64,000 nt of DNA. Origin: Harriotta raleighana. Taxonomy: Eukaryota. The notes below the pieces were generated by a model that ran no database searches, was not told where the DNA came from, and saw only the letters and a list, made by a program, of their open reading frames with translations. Position numbers and translations under genes: made by a program. How positions within the stretch are numbered: the first letter of the stretch is position 1; the number at the start of each line of letters is the position of its first letter. Below are positions 37,801 through 52,800 of the stretch, piece after piece. The stretch spans positions 7,089,498 to 7,153,497 of the forward strand of contig JBNZDD010013730.1 in assembly GCA_050575255.1 (NCBI GenBank), given 5' to 3'.

Positions 37801-40800
37801 ATGTGCTGCTAACTGATGATTTTTTTATATTCTTCGTTAAAACTCTAGATATTTTAGAAAAGTGAATTATTCATCATGGATTCGTATTTCATAATATAAT
37901 AATCATACTGTGAAGTGAATTGACTTGTTTTGAGTGAAACGCGGCAGCCACTTGTGCATAGCAGTGTCCCACAAACAGTTGTGGATTGAAGTGACCAATT
38001 TATTTATTTATTTTCTTGAGGGATTATTATCAGCGGTATGGAGTAAGGAAACATGCCTTAGTTTTGCCCTGCCGGGAATCAAACCCAGGTCTCTCGCTTA
38101 CAAGGTGAGCGCTCTAAGCATTGAGCTACAGGACTCCAGTTTTGGTTTACTTTTAATATTTTGCTATTGATATTTGCATTGTAGAAATACATTGATAGAT
38201 TTGTGTGTCTATTTTCTCTGGTACAGAGGCAATCTTTATGCTACAATTTAAAAAGGAAGAATACGTGTACATTCCCTTATGTGCAGCCCTGAATAAAGGC
38301 ATGTTCCAACAAGTCTCTCTGACCTTTTCAGTTGTCGGGGATAAGCACAAAAATAGGGTCACCGTGGTTACTTTGTTTGCTGGTTACGTTCAGCGAAACA
38401 TTCACACCTTTCTTAGAAATCAATCTTCTTTTTCCAAAGCTGAAATTGATTCATAACTAGCTACAGTATTACACTGATCAGTTTTAAACCATGCGGTGGT
38501 TCTTTTTGTGCATACCTTTTTAAAGAAGCGTTGTGTAAGATTCAAAACACCAAATGTAAATGCTACAAAATTTCTCATTGTGCATTCATTCATAATCGAA
38601 GTTGGTTCCAGAGGTTCTGAAGTTGTTATTGTTCACGTAAGACGTTTGCTATTTGAACTCTGAGAGATGTCCAGGCAGGAACTTATTAATGAGCCATTGG
38701 CAGTATGATGAGTAACATCAACAACAAAGCTACATTTGTATAGGGCCTTTCACATCAACAGAATGTCCCAAGGCTCTGGACAGTCAGTGTTAGGGACCCA
38801 TGCTGGGGTCAGGATCGGGGAGGGTGGAGGGAAGGAGGGTGACCAATGGCATGGTCGAAGAGGAGGATCTTGAGGCGGGATTTGAAGGAGGCAAAGGAGG
38901 GGGCGAGGCGGAGGGATTGCGGGATGGAGTTCCAAAGTTTGGGCGCAGAGTGGCTGAAGGCTCGCCTGCCAATGGTGGGTTGGGTGGGTCAGGAGCCCGC
39001 TGAGCGGAGGGAGCGGACAGGTTGGTAAGGGGTTAATTAAATTAGTCGGATCTCACTCGTGATTAAATGCCTCTTTCTAATTTTAGCCAACTTCCCCACG
39101 ACCAAACACAGCACCAGGAACAATGCAGCGTCCCATTCGATTGCATCCTCTTCAGAGCAATGGAACAATGGCAAGATCACCATCAGGGTTGCGACAAAAG
39201 GAACAACACTTGGAAATAGTTGATGAAATAGATCCTCATTATTGTTATGCGGTTAGCTATTATTTGATGTTGTTCTTATGGATTAAAAGTACTGTATTCT
39301 ACAGGGGATCGTAACTTTCCATAACGATTACTAGCCATTCTAACAAATAATTTATTTTACAGAACCACTTTTAGTAACAATCTAATAATACCCTTTGTTA
39401 CCTGATCATACAGTTATGATTATTTTCTACTTTAAAATACATTTAAAAATCTTTAATTCACTAATACCTTATATAAGTACTATATTTATCACTGACTAAA
39501 TAACGTTTCTATATACTGTATATATTTCTATTGATAATTTGGAGATTACTTCACTTGTTAAATACACCTCAAAACTTAAGTTTGTAAACGTAATGAAAAA
39601 GTAAATCTTACTTGGTCTGGTTAATAATACCATTGCATAGAACAAGTAACATTAGTTGCAATGATGATTATTAAACTTTGACCTCTCTTCCATAAAGCAA
39701 TATGTGGAGTTCAATTACCACTTTACACTTTGACATCTATATGGAAATCTATAAATTAGATAGAAAATAGTGATAAGAAGTAATAATACTGCCAGGATGT
39801 TGTGATGTTCTCATCAAGAATGAGAAGAGTGTATTGTAGAAAAAATACGATAACGAAACATCAAATCTATGCTTCCTTAGAATTTCATTCTTTGAGATGT
39901 CCAGACTTGGGTCACAATTGATACGTATGTAAAAGAAATCACCTGCAAAATTTATTTTTCTGGATGAACTTTCCTGGAATTGGAATATTAGTTCTTTATG
40001 CCAGTCAAAGCCTCGGATGATGTGATATGACTCGAGAATCAAGATTGAATTTGAGCACACTTGATTCAGATATGGGTCTATTTTTACATGTGTGTGAATC
40101 CTGCTTTCAATTCACTTCCTTTTGACAATGCTTGCTATTAATGAATGAAATATAAATATAAATAAATATATAAAATAAATGTGGCATTCTCTTTCAGTTG
40201 GACAGGGAAGCAATCAAAAATTGGACCAGAGCTAATTATGCCACTGGAATATCTCCATATCGCCTACCAGTGATACCAGTGATCAATAACTATGTGATTC
40301 CAGTCCCCCCACCACCAAGAAAACGTCAAAAGAATTTTAAGGGAACAACAAATGCAGGTTCAAGGACCAGAAGGTTACGTCCCACGACTGCTCCAAATGG
40401 TTTTGTAGATGTCGAACCAAAGGTAGGAATAGTTAAGTTGACCCTGTGTAGCTATGGCTGTTCAAATCTATTCTATATTATTACACTGTTCTTTTCCAGG
40501 AGGCTCCTAGATTCCAGCGAACTGCAATTCACAGCAATGTACTCATCACTATGATATACTTTGGGAAGAGCTTGCACCTTTCGTACGACCGTGATGACTT
40601 AAGAGAGGAAGTAAAGATCTACCAGCAGCACTGTGGTGGAGAAAACCTTTGTGTGTACAAAGGAAGGTTACTGGAAGGAGGTTGGTATCAAAAAAACATC
40701 ACATTGCACGTATTTTCATTCGTAGGACAGAAATGTCACATCAGAAATGTTCAAACATTTGCTTAGTCTTAATTGTAGATTTCATTTTCAGTATCATAGT

Positions 40801-43800
40801 TTCTTTAACTTTCCTTTCCATGGAATGTCTGGCTGAAAGGCAACCTACGTATTACCACTTTGTTTCACCTGGTAAGATAGTGGGAGTGATGTGGACTGAT
40901 TTGCTTTCTAATCTTTGCTACTTGGGACAAAATGGCGAAAATTCCGGACCTGTGTGACAAACCAATTCATATCTATTCTGTTTGACCATTCAGTGGTGCA
41001 CAATGCTTCTTGTCTTGTTAGTGAGCCAACAGCATCTATGCTCAATGGTCTGAATGACTTCCTCTGTGCTGTTTTTTGCATGGTTTTATTTGTTTGCTGA
41101 ACATTGTCTTACTCGCTTGGCAAAATGCCAACAGAACTCAACAGGTTTGCTGACTTAAATAGGAGTTTCTTGTAGCTTGGCTTATGCATTTCAGCAGGAT
41201 AGTAGATTTTTTTGGGGTGTGGAGTGGTGGTGAGGGCTTAGTAATTTGTTGTACATTAATATGAACAAGAAGAACTGCTGAAATGTTATTCGCTTAAAGA
41301 AAAAGGTATCTTCTCCATGCTGCTGCATCAATGTATTAGTTCTCTTGAATTCCGTACAGTTTTCCAAATGTCTATATTGTTTTTACTGTACTTTGACCTT
41401 TCTATTCTCTACAATGAATCATTTTTTTCTGTTGCTTACTCATGAAATGCCTCAGAGCTGCTGGTAAATGGTCAATTCCCAAGACATGATGATCCTATGT
41501 GTAAGTCAGATTTTATTGATATGCGATTGATATGCATCTGAACAACTAGTATTGATCGATGTTTAATGATTTCAGAAAAGTTTCAATTCATCTCAAGGCG
41601 ACACCGTGGTTTCCCCTTCAGCCTCACATTCTTCATGAACGGTATGCAGGTAGATAGACTGAGTTCCTGCTGTGAACATAAATACCGTAGAGGCTCCAGA
41701 CTTGGAGGCAAGCATGGAAACTTTGGATTTGTCAATGTGGATGGGGCGTCTCCATGTTACAAGTATGGGAATTTTGTCCATTTAATACCTCACTTTATTA
41801 CACAATTTCCTTTTTTTTTGTATTGCTTCTCCTGATTTGTTTTGTGTGAAAATATAGAGTTTCATCCAAATCAATTTGCAGATTTTTTTCTTATCTTGTT
41901 CTCCATCTTTCCCTGAATCTTTTTGAGCCATATATCAAGTGGAGGCTGAGGGGGCCAGTTGCCCTACGCTCAATGCTCTTGTGATCCAACCACTAAGAGG
42001 AGTATGGGATTTATCTGGGAAAGTGTCTGATCTCTTCTTGGCACTCTGTCACAGAAATGTGACCAGATGTCAGAACTGCTGGATGGATATCTACTGTGGT
42101 GCTCATTGGCTCCCAATTGCACATTATGTCTTCATCAACCTAAAATAATGGGGCCACAAATTAGCATTGACCTTGCATGAGTATTTCCAGGCATCAAAGA
42201 CACAGATTGAAAGACAGCTGGTGTAAGTATTGACAGCTGCTGTTGGTTTAAAATTACAAGTAAAAAAAGACTCACATGCAACTCAAAGGCCCCATATATT
42301 CTAATTTCCTAGCCCCAGTTGATGACTTCAACATTATAGTCTAACTTTGATGTTCAAATGATGGGTGTGAAGCATAAGAGATTGATGACATCATCTGCCT
42401 GCTTTGATTAGATTCCTTCCTTTAAATTAATTGCAGGTATTCATTATTCTGGGTTGATTGAAGTTAAACCGATTGCGTGGGCGGAGGGAACCACCCAGAG
42501 TGAAGCCTGTCATCCTGAAGGGCATATTACACTATGTTTACATAGTTTATTGGTTGCTAAGTGAGCCATAAAAACATGTACCAGTGGAAGTGTCATTGCA
42601 TTTAACATTATACATTTTTTGGTTGCAATTTTACACTGCATCTTCATTCATTTATGATCTCTGTAACTAGGTGTATCATTGCTATGGGTCTGGATAAGAA
42701 ACCTGCACCACCACCTAAGAGAATGAAGCAGGAGGAAAAGGAGCCAGAAAAAGAAATGGTAGAATCATCAAACTATCAAGACGAGCGAGTTGAAGAGATA
42801 GTGCCAGGTGGAGCTGAAAAAGAAGCAATGTCTGATGATTCTTCAGGTGCTGGGGATGAAGTAAGGGAAGATGTGAAAATGGAAGATGAACCTACAGCTG
42901 GTACCCAACATGAAAGATCCAAGCAAGGTCGGTAATAGGCGGACAATTGATAGTCACATTTTTAAAACATGGCATTGCTTCACATTTTCAGAAATGGAAA
43001 AGATTCTCAAACTCACTTATGCTAACAAATGGCCCTCACTTTGGTCTACCGAATTCTTAACAATTAAATGCTTTGCAACCATGACTGAAGAATTGCATTA
43101 TACATCGGGATAAAATTGGAACCGTTTAAATTACGGCTTTGAATTGTAGGCCAATTATCAGCTCTATTCATTTCTTACTAAATTCTTAGAGTGATATGAC
43201 GGTACTTCAGTTATTTTATGGGATTTATTGCAAATGAGAACAGAAATCCCAAGTGTAACAAACTGCTGAGCCTCATATTTATTGTTCTATTGCCTTGAAA
43301 TTGCTCCCAGTGCTGTTGTTATCTGATTTAATTTTCTCAGGTGTTTTTGCACTGGTGGTTACTGGCAGAATGGGCAGAGAACTTCCATCTTACTCACTCA
43401 TTCATGATTATGAATTAAATAATTCATGAATTGGATAAGCAGAGAGGATTCCACCAGTGAGACATAGCATATTACATTCCAAACACAGGGAACTTTCCTT
43501 TTGTAAGCTCTTTGCACAAGTGGAACTCTCTCCAGTTTGGATCCTCTTTAGTACGGTCATGGACTCATGTGTTTCTGCATGTGTTAGACACCTGGCTGAA
43601 CCAAAAGAAAATGAGTATGAGCAAGAAATAATTTGGAGTTATTTATGGTAACTCCATTATGGTAATGCCATTACCAGTAAATATGATTGTGTTTTACATT
43701 GCACAGTTGTCATGGGTTACTACACTATGTTTTTGCATCTGAATCTGGCTGATTAATTAGATAAATGTTTCCTTTCTCTGCTGCAATAAGAGCCCTATGT

Positions 43801-46800
43801 GAAATGAGTCACTGCATCTCATCGCAATGCATTATACAACACAAAATTGTTTTTAATTTGTGTTGTTTTGGAAATGGAAAAATTTGCATGAGGCTTGCTT
43901 TTCTGTTGCTGGGGCGAATATGTATTATTGAGGAAACAATAAAGGGATTCTATTTGTTTGTTTCATTACGGCACTGTAATGCTTAATCTGGATGAGCACA
44001 GATATTTACCAAAATATAATTGACTTTAAATAAATAATTTGGAATTAACAAATACATTTGGCTGTCTGTGGGGTGAATATCCAATAGCAACGTTACCAAC
44101 TGTACAATGAAAGCAAAATTCTACCTGGGTATTTTCTATAAAGCGATTCAGTATACTTAAATAGATTAGAGCAATTTGCTATTAAACATTGCTTGAAAAC
44201 CTATATCAACATGAAAAAAAACACATCAATATGAATTGCTCACAGAATACGATGATGACTTTGAAGAAGAAGAAGAAAAGTTAAAGGAGACTGGTGAACA
44301 AAAGGAAGAGGGGTCAGAAATCAGTGAACACAATCAAGAAAACTCAATAGCAGCCCAGGGAGATGACAGAATTGATGCTGATGATGGAGAAAAGAGTGCC
44401 AAGATGATTGACAAAGAAAAAGAGAAAGCAGATGGTGAGGAGGATGCCAGATCAAGTTACACTGATAGTGAACTTGAAGGTGAAGATAACCTTTTTTTCT
44501 TTTGCTGTTAAAATATTGCACTAACACTTCTCTGATTATTTAAATGGTAAAGTTGCTTAGCCTGTTTTATGTGCACATACCATTTGACTACATTTCCAAT
44601 AACAAAAGAGCGGAAACATGACTTGGAACTCAACTATTTTTTGGAGAAATGGAACATATACTGTAAATATAAGGACGCTATTCAACTAGCAGTCAAATCA
44701 ACAACCCTCCAACAAGACTTAAGATTCAAATAAAGAATAGTGAATATGTCAAATAGACAAAGCACAAAACTAATTAAGCAAAAGGTTAAGTACAAATAGA
44801 TAATATCACATGATTCTTGAAGTACTAAGACTTCATAGTTTCATGCCAAAAGAAAATTGTCAATGATTTTTAATACCAGACTTTTAAGTCAGGTTTAGAA
44901 ATTATATTTTGTAGGATCTTATCAAATTGAAATCTCCTAAATTGCTTTATAAATAGTTATTAACAAATATAGTGACTGTTTTTGTGTATCTATCAATACT
45001 CATACTCATCTACCATATTTGCATCCTTTGCTAAACTATTTGCCAAATAACACTTTTCAGTAAGGTTTTCCGTAATCGATCCACCATCCTTTTCTCAAAT
45101 GTATCATTTAGTGAAACCACCTGCAGTCTTCGGAGTTGAAATTCCTGATCTTTAAAATCTTCTTTCTCATAGGTTAGATGTAGTACATCCTCCCGATGTG
45201 AAACCCACTCTATAAATGTCATTTTATTGTTGTTGTTGTCGTATGTGTTCAGAGATGAAAATCTGGGTTTCTACAAATTCGAATAAATGTTCTATTCAAA
45301 AGTTATTAGAATTAATTGCAAAATCTTACTTTTCAGATTTTGACCAGAATTCAAAATAAAGCATTGAAGTAATAATGACATTGATGTCCCCTCCCGATAA
45401 ACATATCCGATTTGCTGTTACTACTTTTTAGAATAGCTAATTGAGAAGGTAGTTTAGCAACATCAGTTACTAAGCAACACCTTGTACATTGGATCAAAGA
45501 GATCATGCTAATTTGCTTTGAATTCATATGGAGCAAAGAATTAGAAGCAGTTCGAGCCCACTCCCCAGAGTCAGGTACATCTGCATCTGCATGATACCTC
45601 TCTTTTGATCAACAGAACTGTCAGCCACCACTTTAGTTTATTTTCCAATTGAGAGTTCACTTGGGAGAATGTTCTCTTATCATTTGTATTACTCTTTGTC
45701 AGAACAAGCCTGTGTCCACTCATCCATCCAGGCTAACACTCTCCAGGGTGCAATTTGTTTGAACCTAAGTACTGGAGAGATGACCCAGATAGTAACCAAC
45801 ATAAAGCTGCACTTTATTAGCATAATAATGATATCATTGTACTGTATTTGGTACAGCACCTTGTCATGTCAGGACATCTCAAAGCACTTCACGGGTTCTA
45901 CTGCCAAATCTGGCAGCTAATTTTGCCCACCTATTTAGTCAGCACACTTTACAGTATATTCTGTGAAGCAGTTGAAGATATCTCAAAGACATGATAAGGT
46001 GCTATATCATATGCAAGGATTATTATTATTCTCTTTGTGAGAGGTAAATTATTCATTTGTATCATTATATTGTGGAATACTCACAAGCACTTAATGCTTA
46101 AAATTTGATTTGCATTTACTTCAACAGAGGGCAGGAAGTCATGCACTTCATCACAAAGTCCAACTTACTCCCTAAGCAGCAGTGAGTCTGACAGTGAAAG
46201 AGAGGAGGAAAAGATCAAGGAAGAAGAACAAATTGTGTCCAGTGGTGGGGAGCAAACAGAGTCTGTAAATGATTGTGTAGAGATAGAGGAACAGGCAAAT
46301 ATTGAGAGAGACAGTCATGCCCTCAAAGAATCAAATGATGAAAAACAAGTAGAAGAAAAATTAAAGGGAGAAAATGGCATTGCAGAAGAAATAGATGGCA
46401 CTGAACCAATCACTGAAGAGTTAGTAGGAAAGGATATGTTTGTCTTGGTAAGTATTGAGGGCACTGAAGAAAAATCGGAGAAGCCTAAAGAAGTTGATCC
46501 TACAGAGAAAGCTGACAGCTTTAAGGAGGATGCTTATAACGAAGAAATTCAAGTTAAAGAAGAATTAGCTGATATGAAGAGTACACAATCTGAATATGAA
46601 GAATGTATAAATAAAGAGAAGAGTGTCTGTGATGAACAATCTGAATCTGGACACTTCAGTGGTGGTGAGTACAATAGGTTTCCAGAGCCATGCTTTGCCT
46701 CATGCATGTGACTTCAGCTTTCAGTTCCCTGCCTGCTGCAGGATTGAATACAACTGCATTTCCTACTTGCATGATAAAATGCAATTGTTGCAATGTGCCA

Positions 46801-49800
46801 ATTCCGGCAGTGCCTGCATGGCATGTTTCATCTTCTGTGTGTGTGCAAATGACAATGAAACTGATCAATTGTGTTTGCCAAGAATGAGTTGATCGCATTG
46901 AATTGTTTCGCATAACTTTTAAATGTTATATGTGTTTCATACTCATTTCATATGTGTATCAGTACTCATACTCACCTATCATATTTGCATCTTTTGCTAA
47001 ACTATTTGCCAGATAACACTTTTCAGTAATCGATCCACCATCCTTTTCTCAAATGTATCATTAAGTTCTTGCCTAAATCTGGTCTTAATACAAATCCCAA
47101 GCAGACATACATATAATTCTAACTATTGTGTATTAAAACAAAGTGTGACCTCATCAAAAGTATATTTTAAGCAACAGTCTTGCAGAATAGAAACCTACAG
47201 AAAGCATTACAGTGGAAATCATCTTATTGAAGATTATAATAATCCTTGCATTTGACGAATGACGATTGAGAATGTAGAAGTCAGATTTGTTAGAGAATGA
47301 ATTGATCGCAGTAGAAACCTAATGAGAATATGGGACTTTGTGTTAAACAATCTGACTTTAGAGATTCTTCAAACATCTCTTGTTGAATGTTTGGATAACA
47401 AGTAATCCCATTCAATGTTGGCGTTATTCTTGTTCAGATATTCAACTTAATGATTATCTGAATGAACTGTACATTAGAATTCAAAGTACAATTCAGGCAC
47501 TTGGCACAATGCAAGTGAAAGTTTCCATTAGTTCTTATCCAACTTCCGTTAATGTAACAATTGTAGTCTGAGTTCTTATTTTTAAATTGTATTGGATGCA
47601 AAGATCTTTTCTAGGAAGATAGATACATGAGAGTGTGTCACAGCTGTATTATATTCTGTATATAATGTATGCCATTCACCTTTTGTATTTTTTGGCCTTT
47701 TTGTTTTACTGTATTATAATCATCGTGTATTAAAGATTTTTTTACTGTCCTTATTTTTTAATCCTTCTAACAAAAATTAAAAATCAGTGTACATTGTAAA
47801 ATATTTTGGTATGTTTATACTGTATATTGTTTTCATTTGTTTTGATGAATTGTGATTTTTTAACTGCCTAATTCAGTTTAATTATACCTTGATATTGATG
47901 ACCACTTTGCTGCAATATAGCCTTATTCTGTCAAAAAAGCTGTCAAATAGCTGAAAAGCTATTTTGTAAGAAGCAAACTGCAGACATTGAAATGAAACTA
48001 AAGCTATCATTAATGTACCAAGAACAGTACTACTGAGAAAAAGCCAAATGTGATTGTATGTGCTTGTGTTGAAGTTTAGATGATGCATATTATGGATCAA
48101 ATTTCTACTTCATTTATAGCCAATGATAGAAATACCCTCTTTAAAGAAGGTAAATGCAGAGATGTATTTTCAGTGCAAAATATTTCCTCCATTTAGTTTG
48201 GATAAATGTTTTTAAACTTTCCTACTGTTCCAGAAATTAGATTGAAAATACAGTATGTGAATTAGAATGAGCATTTCAGGTTTATCACAGAGCTGCTCTG
48301 TTGTTGCTAGTTGTAGGAAACTGCTTTGTGGAATCCATTGGTGAATTGTTTTCCACACTCTTAAGTCACCAAGGGAGACTTTGAACCATGAAACTTCAAT
48401 AGCAACTGGGCACATACCAATGCAAGATTTAGGCAATAAGGATTTTGTAGAGTCCTACAGCTCAGTGGTTAGAGCATTTGCCTTACAAGCGTGAGACCTG
48501 TTTTCAAATCCAGCCAGGTCAGGGCGAAACCTTGGGTAAGTTTCCTTACTCCACACGCCTAATAACAATCCCTCCAAAAAAAAACAATAATAATAAAATT
48601 GGTCATTTCAATCCAATCCAAATTTAAAAGTTTGTGGGACACTGCTGTGTGCAAATGGCTGCCAGGTTTCACCCACAAATATACAGTCAATTCACCTGGC
48701 AGTATATGCTGGAAAGCACTTTGAGATGTCTAGAAGATGTTAAAGTGCTATATAAAATTCAAGGATTATTATTATATAGTCTGTGAGAATATGCTTAAGT
48801 ATCAAATTTTTCCTACTAGATAAACAATTTGAAAACAAGCTAAACAATGAGGTTGCATTGAAAGTAATTCTTCTCACCATTCCTTCTCCTTCAATATAGC
48901 TGTTCTTGTAGATTTTCTTATCAATGTATAAAATAATTTATTAGCTAATATATTCAGCCTCAGAATTTGTGTTGTTTTCTAAAGGCATTTAAATTGCTGA
49001 TGATTTTGTTATTGATGCATGTGAGTTTCATTGCATGTCTGCACGCTCTGTATTTTTTGATTTCCTTGAATTGTGATGTAAATTAGTTTCTTCAGTGTGC
49101 TTTTCCCATAAGTCATGTGATGTTTCGAATTAAGTGCCATAAAGGTATGCTTTTTCATTTAAATTTAGCAACCGCCAATAAATAAATGCTGCCACTTCAA
49201 ATTTTTATTTTTGTCTCGTTGCAGTTTTTATTTTCAAATCCCCTTATTTAATTCTGAACAATACATGTCATAATATCAATGATTTTCTTGTTGGCGGTTG
49301 TCTTCTCCTTTGATATTGCAGAGGAGTGCAAGTCGATGCAAGAGAAAATTGCAGATGCCATCAAGAAAGACGAACGTTGCAATTCTGAACCAGAGCCTAG
49401 TGATTCAAGCACAGAAGAAGAAGATGATCTACTTAATGCAGATCCTGAAAAACTACCTGAACAAAGAAATGACAGTAAGCAACAGTTCCATACAGTGTAT
49501 TCTAGATATCACTTGTTAAAAAAAACACTTGACTCCACCAAACTTACAACAACAACAAAATTACATTTATAGAGCGCGTTTCACGTCAGGAGGACATCCC
49601 AAGGCGCTGGACAGATGATTTAAGACCCGAGCAGGGGGAAATGTTCAAGGCNNNNNNNNNNNNNNNNNNNNNNNNNNNNNNNNNNNNNNNNNNNNNNNNN
49701 NNNNNNNNNNNNNNNNNNNNNNNNNNNNNNNNNNNNNNNNNNNNNNNNNNNNNNNNNNNNNNNNNNNNNNNNNNNNNNNNNNNNNNNNNNNNNNNNNNNN

Positions 49801-52800
49801 NNNNNNNNNNNNNNNNNNNNNNNNNNNNNNNNNNNNNNNNNNNNNNNNNNNNNNNNNNNNNNNNNNNNNNNNNNNNNNNNNNNNNNNNNNNNNNNNNNNN
49901 NNNNNNNNNNNNNNNNNNNNNNNNNNNNNNNNNNNNNNNNNNNNNNNNNNNNNNNNNNNNNNNNNNNNNNNNNNNNNNNNNNNNNNNNNNNNNNNNNNNN
50001 NNNNNNNNNNNNNNNNNNNNNNNNNNNNNNNNNNNNNNNNNNNNNNNNNNNNNNNNNNNNACTGATGCTGTCAGCACCCGAGTTGCGGAGGCGCTGACGC
50101 GAGCCAATCAGGAGGGCCTCGGTTTTCCGGACATTGAGCTGAAGAAAGTTATCTCTCGTCCAGGACTCGATGTCAGACAGGCAGGCTGTCAGGACATCAG
50201 TAGTCGTGGAGTTGAGGGTAGAGGAGGAAAGGTAGAGTTGGGTGTCATCCGCATACATGTGGAAGTTAACCCCATGTCTGCGGATGATGTCACCAAGGGG
50301 GAGCATATAGAGGGTGAAGAGGAGAGGACCAAGGACAGAGCCCTGAGGGACGCCGCACGAGACAGTGCGGGGGCTGGAGGAAAAGCCATTTGAGGAGACA
50401 AAATGAAGACGGTGGGAGAGGTAGGACCTAAACCACTCAAGAACATTTTTTATGCGTTTTGGGGCATTGTTCATGCTATTGAGACTGCTTGAACACATTT
50501 GACTTAGAGCTGTTATGAAGGCTTACATCTGCTCAGTGGTACCTGTACTCAAACTCAGTGAAAGTCCATTGTTCTGACTGACTGTGACGCCCATTCTATT
50601 TCGCTGTTTAATTTCAGTTGATGTGATTCATAAATCTAATAAAGGTGCTATGATTGCTGGAAATAATTTCAATTTTTGGGGGAGTATGGATGGCTCTACA
50701 TCTTTGAGATAAACTATATAGACATACTTCAACTACTTAGATTTATAGACAATAATAACATGCTATGTTAATAATATAAGTAATGTTTGTGATGATTAAT
50801 TCCCAGTGGCTGCATCGTGAGTTGGTAAGCCGTAGAAATTCAAAATGTGCTTTTGTTGCTATTGCTTAGTCGTTGCTCATAATCACAATGATTTTTTCAG
50901 GTCAGAGGGAAGAAATAGCAGCAATTACAGGTACACAGGAACAAGGAGAGGTAGCAAGAGAATTAAATCTTTTAGAAGAAATCACAGTCGTGTCCGCAAT
51001 ACGATTATCAAATGAACACATAAAATTACTAGAAACCATAGCAACCCTGGAACATGAAAGCTTAACAGATCACAATCAAATCTCTGGAGAAGAGGTCGAA
51101 GACACTCAAACTAAAGCAATCTTAACAAAGGCCACTGCTCTAGGGGTTGAAGAGACCTTTGTAAAAGAACAAGAGGATGCAAATGTGATTGCAGCTACTG
51201 AAGAAATAGCAAAGAGTCCTGAAGGGTTTATATCGGCTAATGGTGAGAACATTTGTTTGAAAGAGCTAGAACCTGAGAATGAAGAAACGCTGCCTGATGA
51301 ATCAACTCAAATAGAGCAACAAACTGACCGAGAGGAAGAATTCGAAGTAGAACAAGATATAGGACATTGCAATAATGGAGACGGTAACAGGGTAGAAAGT
51401 GTGAACACTCCAGATCAACAAGTGTCCAGTGCAGATGTAGGTACAGAATCTTTGAAGGCTGAAGTTTCAAGACTAGAAGATGAAAATCTTGTTAAATTTA
51501 CAAATGTGTTATTGCCTCAAAATGTTACAGAAGCCAGCGCCACAGAAATTGAACCTGAGAATGCAAACACACTGCCCGAACCAGCTGAGATAGAGCAACA
51601 AACTGAGGAAGGGAAAGAAGTGGAAGTAGAAACAGTTGTTAATGTTCAATGTGCACCTGAGAATGAAGTATTGCTTGCCTCGGAAATAACCATGACACCC
51701 TCTGAGGTGGTGGCAACGAATGTGGAAATCTTAGCATCAGATCCCAATGCAGATGAGGTTAGGGATACAAAATATAATGAAGATTTGATGATAACATTAA
51801 TTAAACCTGCAGTTACATATTCTATACCCAATGTCAGCACACCAACTGAAGAAGAACCTATTTCAGAACCCGAGGCACTAATGATAAAGAATGAATTTAC
51901 GGAAAACACAGACCAACTGGTGCCATCTTCCAGTCAGGATGTTGCTGGTGAAAATCAACACGTGGCACTTGCTTTGCTATCAGCCGTGAAATGTGAAAAT
52001 GATGAAGAAATAATGAACGATGCTCTTATTTCAGAGCCAGTAACTGGAGAAAGTGGTACAGGCATAATAGAAACTAACATCACTCTGCAGCCACCAATAA
52101 ATCAATCAAACTCCATCAGTCCAGCAGAATTTCCAAGTGTGGAGAATAAAGCATTCATGGTGGCAGCATCAATAGAGCTGCAGAGTGAGACAAATACTGA
52201 TAATCTATTTCATTTGAAAGCTATAAATGAGGGCAATGCCGAGGAATTGCAAGTCGGTACAAATAAATCAGTTGAGAAACTTTCAGAGGTTGATCCACCG
52301 TTGACGTTGTTGGCAATGGATTGCAGTCGGTCTGAAGAAGATTATTCCACACAGGAAAAGGAACTCAAACCAGAGGAGGTTTCTCAGGAAGAGCAACAAA
52401 TGGCTTTTTTGCAAGTTGATGGTCATGAAAAAATGAACAGAGATGATCATAGAATAACTGCCAATGATTTGGTACAAATCAGGGATGAAATTCAAAATGA
52501 AATAAGGGCAGGAACCCCCTTAGAAGAAATATCTGGAATCGAAGAAACTGAATTGGCATTTGGAGTTCAAGATGAGGAGGTTGTTGAGGAAAATTCAAAA
52601 GGTCAAACCAGAGAGATGGAGAACAGTGGAGAGCTTCAGGAAAAAATAGATTCAGAAGTTCAGGTTATAGAGTTTATTTCAGTGACTGAAGCTCCAGTAT
52701 TCAATGTAGTGTCAACAGATCAAATGGGAATTACCATGATGAGCAGAGTGAAACTTGAGTCAGGCCTGGAAACTCAAATAACAGAAACTGATGGAGGAAT

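Larger units (their letters stand above)
44983..47062 (+). repeat. about 115-bp direct repeat pair (44983-45108 and 46953-47062) flanking ERICH3 exon 12
   Basis: Both read TACTCATACTCA..CATATTTGCATC.TTTGCTAAACTATTTGCCA.ATAACACTTTTCAGTAA..TCGATCCACCATCCTTTTCTCAAATGTATCATT. Confidence 0.92.

Noticed and set aside
48450-48520. tRNA-like sequence (also at 1882, 21181, 32606, 38137)
   Set aside because: These are SINE heads continuing into SINE bodies, not tRNA genes.
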